Origin: a virus
Lineage: Duplodnaviria; Caudoviricetes
IMG/VR virus record: IMGVR_UViG_3300034022_000282
Coordinates: 1-63,602 of that record
Length of the DNA stretch: 63,602 bases
Direction: 5' to 3' (one strand)
In this document: positions 19,246-28,800 of the stretch, piece after piece
How the letters are laid out: every line of letters begins with the position of its first letter
Numbering within the stretch: position 1 is the first letter of the stretch
Position numbers and translations under genes: made by a program
Notes under the pieces: generated by a model
What the model was told of the DNA's origin: nothing
What the model saw: the letters and a program-made list of their open reading frames with translations, nothing else
Database searches by the model: none

Positions 19246-22200
19246 TGAAACGTAGTCTTAAAAAATATGATAATGGTGGGAAAATTAAAAAACCAATTTT
19301 TCCAGGTAAATTAGATAACAGAATAGTTTCTGATAATACCTCTGTGCAAAGACCTACCATACAACAACAAGACGTAAGATTAAAAACTCCACAAGAAGTT
19401 AAGAAAGCTAATAGGGAAAACTTTCAAAAACGTATAGGTGTAAAACCTACATACAATGTTCAAGAGTTAACTGACTTTGGTACACCTGAACCTGGATTAG
19501 AAGATGCTTCATTAGAAGCTTTAGATGCTTTAAGTTTAGCTAGTGGTGTAGGTTATTTAGGTAAAAAAGGATTACAATTAGGTGCTAAAGAATTAGCTAA
19601 TGTTTTAAAACCAAAACTTTATTCTCGTTTGACTTTTCCTAAACCTGTAGTATCAAAGTATATTCCATCATTACCAAATGCTTCTTCAATTGATTATAAT
19701 GAAGTAATTAGAAGAAATAAAAATTTAAAAGAATTGTGGGAAAATCCTGAAAGTAATAAATTAATGGCTTGGGATGGAACACCGTTAAAATTAAATCACA
19801 TATCTGAAAACCCAGATTTAATTAATACTTTAGATAACAATAAATTAAAATATCAAGGTCTTTATTTTAATCCTAAAAAAGAATGGGCATTTGGTAAAGA
19901 ATTAGGGTATAGCACTCAACCTTGGCATAAATATACTGTTGAAGACGCTTTTTCTAAAAAACCATATATTGCAGATTATCATGGGCAATTACAAAATTTA
20001 AAACCAGGTGCAAATAGAATAGGAGATAAATTAAGAAAACATATTTCTGAAGGTAAAGATGTAAAAAGTTTTGTTGATAGAGAAAGACAATTTGGAATAT
20101 CTAAAATTAAAAACCAGACGCAATCTCCTGAATTTAAAGCTTACATGAGTAAACTTAAAAAAGAAAACCCTGAAAGTTTTAAAAATGAAGTTGATCTAAT
20201 AAGAAGAAATAGGGATTTTAAAGATTTAGATTTTATAGAAAACATTTACAATAAAGGATACGATAGTTATGTTTCTTATGGTGGGCCTAAAATAGACCCT
20301 TTAAAAAGAGGTTTGGAAGATGCTTATGAAATTGTTTTATTTAATAAACCTGCAAATCTTAAAAAAGAATTTAAAAAAGGTGGAATAATAAAAGATGATA
20401 GGGGTCAATGGGCACACCCTGGAGAAATAACAGAAATAGGTTCTAACAACATAACAATGCAAGGTGTTAACTACCCTGTATTAGGAGTATCAAATCAAGG
20501 TGATACACAAATGATGTACCCAGAACAAGATTACCAATTTAGAGGTAATAAAGTTACTGAGTATCCTATGATGCAAAGAGGAGGTAAAGTAAAACCTATT
20601 GTTGTTAATGACCCTAATGACCCTAGATTACAAGCTTATAATGATAGTTTAAGTTTGTATAATAAAGGAAAAAGTTATTTAAACCAACCTTATTCTAATA
20701 ACTTATATGATTATACACAAAATTTATTAAAATTTGGGTACAGTAAAAAAATAGCTCCTGGAGAAAGTAAAAAAGGTATTAGTGACTTAATGATACCTCA
20801 GTATAAAAAACCTGTTCAACCTTATGTATATAACCCTATCACTAAACAAACTACAACAGCAGAACAAATTAAACCTTTGTATCAAGCACCTCAATTAACT
20901 ATGCCTGAAAGGTTAGAGTTAAGTATGAATAAACCTAATGTTGTACAATCAGCTGAAGGTCCTACTTTTAAACAAGGTAGAAAGTTTATGAGGGAAACAG
21001 GTTTAAGACCAGGGTATTATGAAGAAGGTGGTACATTACAAGAAAATACAAATATGGAATACGGTAAAGGTGGTTACACAGTAAAAAGAAGTTCTGATAG
21101 AAAAGGCAAAACACATGTTGTTATTGGCCCAGACGGAACTAAAAAATATTTTGGTGATCCTAATTTAGGAGAAAGAGGTAAATCTAAATATGGTAAAGAA
21201 GCTTTCTATGCTAGACATAAAAAGAACTTAGATGCTAATCCATACTTTAGAGCTTATGCTAGAGCTACTTGGGAAGACGGAGGTACAATTCCTGAACAAG
21301 GGCATATATCTATGAATAAAAGAAGTTTATTTAAATACGGTGGTTTAACTGTAACTGATTTAAATAAATATGATGATGGTGGTATTAATTTAGGTAATGC
21401 TTCTAAAATTAAACCATATGATTTTAGTAAATTAGCTTCAGGATTAGGTGGAGGTTCTACAAATGCAGCTACTACAGGTGCTACTGTTAGTCCTGCTGCT
21501 GTTGGTGCCGGTATAGGATTTGGTGCAGAAATGGTTGGTGCTTTAATACCTGAAAAAAGTTATACAGATTCTGAAGGTAATGATTTAGGCAGTAGAAAAT
21601 CTGTAGGAGAATCTGCTTTAAGTTCTGCCGCTTCAGGTGCTTCAATGGGTATGGTTGCCGGACCTTGGGGTGCAGCAGCTGGTGCAGTGCTTGGCGGTGC
21701 TTATGGTGCCATTAAAGGTTTTTCAGAAAAAGAAAAAATGGATAAACTTCAAGATGAAGCTGAAACTAGAATAACTAATAAAAATATTAATAAAAGAGCT
21801 AACGCTAGTTATAATTGGGGTACTCCTAATATCAATACTTCTCAAAACTTTATGTTTGCTAGAGGTGGTATGGTATTAGATTACGATGATCCCAATGCAA
21901 ATGCTGAACTTGAATTACAAGAAACATTCCAAATGCCGGATGGTACTGTAGGTAATGTAGATGGGCCTTCACATGAAAATGGTGGAATAGCTGTTGATTT
22001 ACCTGAAGGTACTAGAATCTGGTCAGACAAATTAAAATATAATGGTAAGACATTTGCTAAACATACTAAGCCTATTACTAATACTATAGCTAAGTTAGAA
22101 AAGCAAATAGAAAAAAACCCAGTAAATAGTGATGCTAAAGAAAATAGTATTGCATTACTTAAAAACCAATTAGATTATTACTTTGATACACAAGAAACTA

Positions 22201-23687
22201 ATAAACAAAATACTGAAATGAAACGTACTTTAAGAGAAGGTGGCATGATTAAACGTGCTGATGGTTCTTACTCAAAAAGAGGTTTATGGGATAATATTAG
22301 AGCCAACAAAGGTTCTGGTAAAAAGCCTACACCTGAAATGTTAAAACAAGAACGTAAAATAAATAATGAAATGGAAATGGGTGGTTACATGTACGGCCAA
22401 GGTGGTACAAACAATCCAGGGTTTAATGCATTACCAGAAGAAGTTCAAGAAAATATATTAGCTCATATGTCTATGGGTGGACGTTTAATGAATGACCCTA
22501 TGTTTGCTGAAGGTGGTATACATATTAAACCTGAAAACAGAGGTAAGTTTACTGCTTATGCTGAATCTCATGGTAAAGGTGTACAAGAAATGGCTGCTCA
22601 TATAATGGCTAACAAAGAAGATTATTCTCCTGCTGTTGTTAAACGTGCAAACTTTGCTAAAAATGCTGCAGGTTGGAAACATGAAATGGGTGGTTTAGTT
22701 AAATATGAAGTGGGTGGCCCTTTTGAACAAGATGAAGAATATTTAACAGGTTATGGTACTCCAAATGTTCCAACTCCATACATTCCTATGGAATACAATG
22801 AAAATTCATTTCCTATGGGAGAAACTCCTAGGTCTTTAAGATCTGTTAATCCTTATACTCAAAATACAACCCCTGCAGTAAATACAAATCCTTACAGAAC
22901 GTTTTATGAAACTAATTCTAATATTCCTAAAGGTCAACCTTTAGGTTCTACTGTTAATGCAGGTATGCCTCCAGTAACTACACCTGAAGCTACAGGGTTC
23001 TTTAATAAAGCAGGTCAGTTTATACAAAACAATCCTGGTTTAATAGGACAATTAGGTACTGCAGCTTTAACTGCTGGTAGTCAGATGAATAGAATTAATA
23101 GATTAGCTAGACCTAAAACTTTAGCTGATGTTAGGTTAAGAGATAGTGTAGCTAATCCTAATTTAGTAGATTATTCTGCTGAAAGAAATGCTATTGACAG
23201 AGCAGCTTTAACCGGTATGGGTGAAGCACAAAGAGGATTCGGTTCTTCTGCAGCTGCACAAGCATTTAAAAATAAAGCTAGATTAAACCAATTAGAAGGT
23301 ACAGGTAGATCATTCCAAGGTCAAGAAAATGCTAATGCTCAAATTAAAAATCAATTCTTAGCTGCTCAACAAGAAGCTGCAATGAAAGAAGCTATGATGA
23401 ATAGTGAGATTGGTAAGTATAATCTTGAAAATGTTTATGGTTACGATACTATGACTACAGCTCAAAAGAATGCTATAACTGCTATGTTAGGTAATACTGC
23501 TGGTCAAACATTTGGTAAACAAACTGATTATGCTAATCAATTAGAAAAAGCTAACATATTATCTAATCAATATGACCCTAGTGTTCTTAATGATATGATT
23601 AAGAATGGTAAATTAAAAGTTGTAGACGGTAAAATAGTAAAAGCTAGAAATGGTGGTACTATTAAAAAACGTAGTTTTAAAAAATAA
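19245..23687 (+). CDS. virion cargo/ejection protein; modular polyprotein-like with repeated xxGG motifs
   Basis: 1480 aa; glycine-zipper TM (GASMGMVAGPWGAAAGAVLGG), GPSHENGGI motif, about 18 xxGG motifs; first gene of the cargo cluster. Confidence 0.75.
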   Translation: MKRSLKKYDNGGKIKKPIFPGKLDNRIVSDNTSVQRPTIQQQDVRLKTPQEVKKANRENFQKRIGVKPTYNVQELTDFGTPEPGLEDASLEALDALSLASGVGYLGKKGLQLGAKELANVLKPKLYSRLTFPKPVVSKYIPSLPNASSIDYNEVIRRNKNLKELWENPESNKLMAWDGTPLKLNHISENPDLINTLDNNKLKYQGLYFNPKKEWAFGKELGYSTQPWHKYTVEDAFSKKPYIADYHGQLQNLKPGANRIGDKLRKHISEGKDVKSFVDRERQFGISKIKNQTQSPEFKAYMSKLKKENPESFKNEVDLIRRNRDFKDLDFIENIYNKGYDSYVSYGGPKIDPLKRGLEDAYEIVLFNKPANLKKEFKKGGIIKDDRGQWAHPGEITEIGSNNITMQGVNYPVLGVSNQGDTQMMYPEQDYQFRGNKVTEYPMMQRGGKVKPIVVNDPNDPRLQAYNDSLSLYNKGKSYLNQPYSNNLYDYTQNLLKFGYSKKIAPGESKKGISDLMIPQYKKPVQPYVYNPITKQTTTAEQIKPLYQAPQLTMPERLELSMNKPNVVQSAEGPTFKQGRKFMRETGLRPGYYEEGGTLQENTNMEYGKGGYTVKRSSDRKGKTHVVIGPDGTKKYFGDPNLGERGKSKYGKEAFYARHKKNLDANPYFRAYARATWEDGGTIPEQGHISMNKRSLFKYGGLTVTDLNKYDDGGINLGNASKIKPYDFSKLASGLGGGSTNAATTGATVSPAAVGAGIGFGAEMVGALIPEKSYTDSEGNDLGSRKSVGESALSSAASGASMGMVAGPWGAAAGAVLGGAYGAIKGFSEKEKMDKLQDEAETRITNKNINKRANASYNWGTPNINTSQNFMFARGGMVLDYDDPNANAELELQETFQMPDGTVGNVDGPSHENGGIAVDLPEGTRIWSDKLKYNGKTFAKHTKPITNTIAKLEKQIEKNPVNSDAKENSIALLKNQLDYYFDTQETNKQNTEMKRTLREGGMIKRADGSYSKRGLWDNIRANKGSGKKPTPEMLKQERKINNEMEMGGYMYGQGGTNNPGFNALPEEVQENILAHMSMGGRLMNDPMFAEGGIHIKPENRGKFTAYAESHGKGVQEMAAHIMANKEDYSPAVVKRANFAKNAAGWKHEMGGLVKYEVGGPFEQDEEYLTGYGTPNVPTPYIPMEYNENSFPMGETPRSLRSVNPYTQNTTPAVNTNPYRTFYETNSNIPKGQPLGSTVNAGMPPVTTPEATGFFNKAGQFIQNNPGLIGQLGTAALTAGSQMNRINRLARPKTLADVRLRDSVANPNLVDYSAERNAIDRAALTGMGEAQRGFGSSAAAQAFKNKARLNQLEGTGRSFQGQENANAQIKNQFLAAQQEAAMKEAMMNSEIGKYNLENVYGYDTMTTAQKNAITAMLGNTAGQTFGKQTDYANQLEKANILSNQYDPSVLNDMIKNGKLKVVDGKIVKARNGGTIKKRSFKK

Positions 23688-23713
23688 CCTCTTTAAGTAT
23701 AATATATTTAAAC

Positions 23714-23746
23714 AAACCCTAGTAGAAATACTAGGGTTTCTTTTTT
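23714..23746 (+). terminator. Rho-independent terminator
   Basis: AAACCCTAGTA-GAAA-TACTAGGGTTT followed by CTTTTTT. Confidence 0.9.
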
Positions 23747-23757
23747 AAATAAAACCG

Positions 23758-23765
23758 TATATTTG
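23758..23765 (+). promoter_or_regulatory. Bacteroidota -7 box
   Basis: CG-TATATTTG-TAA right after the terminator, the same arrangement as 552-605. Confidence 0.65.
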
Positions 23766-23783
23766 TAAATAATTAAATAAATT

Positions 23784-25838
23784 ATGGCAATTGATTTCAA
23801 CAAACAATTAGTTTTTGATCCGAAGATAGATATAGTAGGAGAAGAAGTACCATTAGCTGAAATGGAAAAAACAGGTCAAGTTTTACAAGGTAGATACGAT
23901 AAATCATACGAAGATTATAGTACTTTTAAAGAATTAGCAAAACAAACAGAGCAAATATCTGATCGTGAAGAAAGAGAAAAAGTAAAAGAATACATTAAAG
24001 ATTTAGAACCACAAGTTAAACAAATTGGTGAAAAAGGTGATTTTCATAATATGAGGCAACAAACAGCTGCTTTAGCTAAAAATGCTGCTTTTAATTTAAA
24101 ACTGTTTGGTGAAAGAGCTGCTGAAGTTAAAAAATATAGAGACTTAATAGCAGCTAATGATAAGCTTGGTGACGAAGAAACAAAAGCATATTACCAAAAT
24201 AAACTAAATAAAACTATGGCTGAGACTCAGTACAATCCTGAAACTAAGTCTTTTAATTTTAGTGCTTTACAATTACCTAAAATGGTAGAAGATTACAATA
24301 GTAATAAACTTCTACAAGATGCAACTCAAGGTTGGTTAGCTAACACTTATAAAGATGAAGCAGCTAATTTAGTTGTGCTTAAAGCTGGAGATAAAATACC
24401 AAATGTTGGTGGGACAGCTCCAGTAGAAGGTGTTTATAATACTAAAACAGGCAGACAAACAGCAAAAGTAGATTTTAATGAAATTTATAATAATGTTTTA
24501 AAAATAGCTAAAGGTGAACGTGGTTTACAAGCAATGTTACAAAGAGATTTTGAAATTAAATCTGAAGGTAAAAATTTAAATCCTGAACAACAAGAAGCTC
24601 TTAAAGAATCACTTAAAAGAAAATATTTATACGATCCATTAACAGGTTTTGCTAATAAAGCAGCTAATGAAACAATAATTAATACTGAAGATTTAGCTCT
24701 TGATAAAGGGGCTACTGATTTATATAATGCTGGTTTAGCAGCTAATGCTGATAACGGAGGTATAGATGATACTTTTGAAAGTACTATTAAGCCTGGAGAA
24801 TCTTCACCATTAATTACAGAATTAAACCAACCTTTAACAAAATTTGGACAATTAACAAATTATACACCAGGTAAAACTTATGATTATACTATAAATGATG
24901 AATATAAACCTAAACTTAAATTAGTTTTTTCAGGTTTATCAATACCTAATTTAAAGAAAATGCAAAATGGTACACCTGAACAAAAACAATTATATGCTGA
25001 ATTAAGTAAGAATAAACAAATTTATGGTCTTTATAATGATATAATGGCAAATAAACCTATATCTAAACGTGCTTATGGTGATGTAATGGAGATATTAAGT
25101 AAATATAATTATGCACCACCTACATCTTATAAATGGGTATCAGCAAATGATAAACGTTTAGTAAATGAATTAGTTAAAGAAGACCCTTCTGTTATGACTG
25201 CTAATGGTATAGTAGATACTGAAAAAGCACAACAAGTTTTAAATAGAAGATTGTTTGGGGATAATAAAGGACTTGTTATAGATAAAGATGGTAATTTTAC
25301 AAGTGCTAATACAGAAGGTTTAGATATAATGGACCCAGAAACTGGTCAAGTTTTACCATTTAATGAAGCTTATAAACAAAATAAATTTGAATTAAAATCA
25401 GGTAATCTTTTTGATAACTCAAGAACTATTCAAGTTAACGGTAAAGTTAAACCAGGATCTTTAGCACATGCTCATAGTGAAAATCCTCAACAAGATTTAT
25501 CTTATTTTGGAGCAGGTTATACTATAAATTCTAACGGTAAACAATATATAGTTGCTAAAAGAGGAGAAGTACCTTTAAATTCTAGTGCTGCTAAACTAAA
25601 TGATTTAGCTTCTTTTAGTAGATTTTCTAGAGATGAAAAACAATATAAAACTTCTGATGGTCAACCGGTAAAAGTAAAATCAGATTTTTCAGGTAATGTA
25701 ATAATAACACATAACGGAAAATCTCAAGTTATACCTCAAGATCAATACAATGCAACCCTGCAAAATTTAGGGAATGCAGATGTAAAAAACCCAATAGATT
25801 ATTTACCACAATTTAAAGCATTTACACCTAAACCATAA
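23784..25838 (+). CDS. virion cargo/ejection protein
   Basis: 684 aa, helical N-half; lies between cargo protein 1 and the vRNAP. Confidence 0.6.
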   Translation: MAIDFNKQLVFDPKIDIVGEEVPLAEMEKTGQVLQGRYDKSYEDYSTFKELAKQTEQISDREEREKVKEYIKDLEPQVKQIGEKGDFHNMRQQTAALAKNAAFNLKLFGERAAEVKKYRDLIAANDKLGDEETKAYYQNKLNKTMAETQYNPETKSFNFSALQLPKMVEDYNSNKLLQDATQGWLANTYKDEAANLVVLKAGDKIPNVGGTAPVEGVYNTKTGRQTAKVDFNEIYNNVLKIAKGERGLQAMLQRDFEIKSEGKNLNPEQQEALKESLKRKYLYDPLTGFANKAANETIINTEDLALDKGATDLYNAGLAANADNGGIDDTFESTIKPGESSPLITELNQPLTKFGQLTNYTPGKTYDYTINDEYKPKLKLVFSGLSIPNLKKMQNGTPEQKQLYAELSKNKQIYGLYNDIMANKPISKRAYGDVMEILSKYNYAPPTSYKWVSANDKRLVNELVKEDPSVMTANGIVDTEKAQQVLNRRLFGDNKGLVIDKDGNFTSANTEGLDIMDPETGQVLPFNEAYKQNKFELKSGNLFDNSRTIQVNGKVKPGSLAHAHSENPQQDLSYFGAGYTINSNGKQYIVAKRGEVPLNSSAAKLNDLASFSRFSRDEKQYKTSDGQPVKVKSDFSGNVIITHNGKSQVIPQDQYNATLQNLGNADVKNPIDYLPQFKAFTPKP

Positions 25839-25841
25839 AAT

Positions 25842-28800
25842 ATGCCAAATTTATCAGAGTTATTAGATGAGTATAATAAAGGTATTCAAAAAAATAAATC
25901 TTTAATAAGTCCTGAAGAAATGAATGTTGGATTTGGTTTAGCCAAAGAACAAGACATTCCATTTTCATCAAAAGACTTAGGACAAAGTATTTATGAAGAA
26001 GTTGAAAATAGACGTAGTAGAAATCAAGGAGCTTGGGAAACCGTAGGAATTGGAGCAGCTAGATTAGCTGGTAAAACTTTAACTAAAACAGCTGAAGGTG
26101 CCGGTTTTATAGCCGGATTGGTAGGAGATGCTTTAGGTAATGCTGTTGGTTTAGATACTAACACAGATACATATAAAAAAGAAGGTGACACAAGTTTAGG
26201 TGGAAATTTATCAGCTTGGATAGCTGGTGCTGCTGATAACGGTTTAGCAACATTAGCTTCTGACATGGAACAAAAATTAGAAGACATTACTCCTTTATAC
26301 AATAGTTTAGAAGATAGAGCAGCTAACAAAATGAATGTCTTTAATAACTTAATGGACGGAGATTTTTGGGCTGGAGATGCTGTGGATGCTACTGCTTTTT
26401 TATTATCTGCTTATTTAACAGGTGGTGCCGTAGCTGAAGCTAAAATAGGTCAAGGATTAGTTAAAGGGTTAGCTAAAAAAGGTTTAATGTCAGGTAATTT
26501 GAATAAAGTTGCTAATGCTACTAACCATTTTACAGCTACTGCTTTACAAACAGCTTCTGAATCTATGTTTGAGTCTAAAGAATTACGTGATAATTTACGT
26601 GAACAAATAGCTGAAGAAAGATACGGTGCTAATTTTGATTTTCTTTCTCCTGAACAACAAAAAGAAATTAATGTTGAAGTTGCTCCAGCAGCAGCTAAAA
26701 GTTTTGGTTTAAACATGTTGTTGTTAGCACCTTCAAATGCTTTAGAGATGAAAAATTTAATGAAATCATCTTCTAGAATTACAGGTAAAACTAAAGGGTT
26801 AGGGTCAAAAGGGTTACAAACAATAGAAGAAGTTACAGGAGATATAAATTTACCTTTTGATATGTCATTACCTACAAGTAAAATACCATATTTAGGTGCA
26901 GGAGTAAAAGCTGTAAATAAATTTGGTAGTACTAGAGCAGGTAGTATTTTATCAGCTCAAGCTAATAGTATATTATCTGAAGGTTTATACGAAGAAAATG
27001 CTCAGTTAGCTGTATCTGAAATGTTAAAAGTTAATAGAGATGCTGATTTATTTAGTCTAAGTACTTATGGAGATATAGGTTCTAAGATGAGTGAAAACTT
27101 TGAAACAGAAGAAGGTAAAAAATCTATGTTGTTAGGTTCACTTGTAGGTGGTATATCAGGTACTATGGGTGGTGTTAAAGATTATAATGCAAATAAGAAA
27201 AAACAAGATTCAGCTATTGAGTATACTGGTAAAGAACTTGCCAATATGTTTTCTGTAAATAATGTTTACGAAACTGAAGAATACACACAAGATGTAGACG
27301 GTAAACCTGTTGTTAAAACTAAATACAAATTAGACGAAAATGGTCAACCAATTGTAGACCAAAACAAACTTCAAGCTGTTTTAAAACAAAAACAAGAATT
27401 TGAATTTTTAGATGACGTTGCTACATTAGCCGAAGAAAAAGGAGATGATGTATTATATGGTTTAGCTAAAAACAATGCTATTAATAGATGGATTAAATCT
27501 CATTTTGCTACAGGTTCAGAAGATTTATTAGAAGGTAAAATTGAATATCTTCAAAATTTATCTGATGAAGAATATTTAAAACAAGGGTTAAACCCAGCTG
27601 AAAAAGGACAATACATTGCTAACATACGTAATAAAATTAGTGAGTTTACCAAATTATCTAAAAACATTGAAAACAACTTAGTTGCAATGGATAATAGTAA
27701 AGTAGGTTCTCAAAATTTTAAAGCTAGAAAAAATGAATTGTACAATATAGGTACAGTTTTAAATGATGTTAAAGACGAAAAAAACAGATTACTTTTGGAA
27801 CAGGCTGAAATTAATTCTGATGAACAATCTCAAACATTAAATGCTAAAAGATCAGCTTACATTGATTTAAAAGTTAAAGAATTAACAGAAGCTGAAAATA
27901 AATACAAAGAAGAGTTTAACAAATTAGGTAATTTAAATACTGGTCAAAAATATTTTGATAATGACTATAAAAAATCTATTACTCAAAAAGTAAATTCATT
28001 TAATTTTCAAAGTGGTAATTTAGATCAATTTAATGCTTTTGAAAATTCTAAACTATACAAATCAGGTTTAGAATTAAAAGCTAAAAACATTGAAAATGAT
28101 TTTTTTGAACAAGGTACACAAGAACGTATAGAAAATGGTGAAGATGCTACAGCTATTGTAGATGATTTAGTAGCTGATAATGTGCCTGTTACACAAGAAA
28201 CTAAAAATTTACTAGAAAGTAAATTAAATTCAGAAAAAGAACTTATAGAAGAAATTAGTTCTTATGTAGAACAAATGCAAAATGGGTTAGAACCTGACCC
28301 ATTATCTCCAGCTGCTCAAGAATTAAACAATAGTTTTAATGATAATTTTGATGCTTTTAATGAGTATTCTAATAAAATACAAAGTGCTTTAAATAACCTT
28401 ACCAATCTACCATTAGCTACTAAAATGGATACTAGTAAAAAAGCTATTAAAGCTAAAATATTAGAATCATTTACTAATATGGTAAACAGTATTGTATTTG
28501 TAGCATCTAATAACGAAGATTACGAAAATGTATCTGAAATAGAAAACGCTATTAAGTCTTTAGAAAATACAATTAAAATACTAGAAGAAAAGAAAGATTC
28601 TGAGTATGATGATGTTATTGCTAATTACAAAAATATTTTAAAAGAATTAAAAGATTTAGAAGCTGTAGTTAAAGAAAGAGCTGCAGATAAACAAAAACAA
28701 CAAGAAAAAATAGCAACTCAAAGTTTAGAGTTACAAGAAGATAGTGTTGCTTCAGTACCTGAATTAATTACGTTAGTATCTGATATTACAGGATTAGATG

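Noticed and set aside
19245-23687. CRISPR array or DNA tandem repeat underlying the GG motifs
   Set aside because: Spacing is irregular and the codons differ; the repeat exists only at amino-acid level. No cas operon is seen, and the single Cas4-like motif lies inside a cargo protein.
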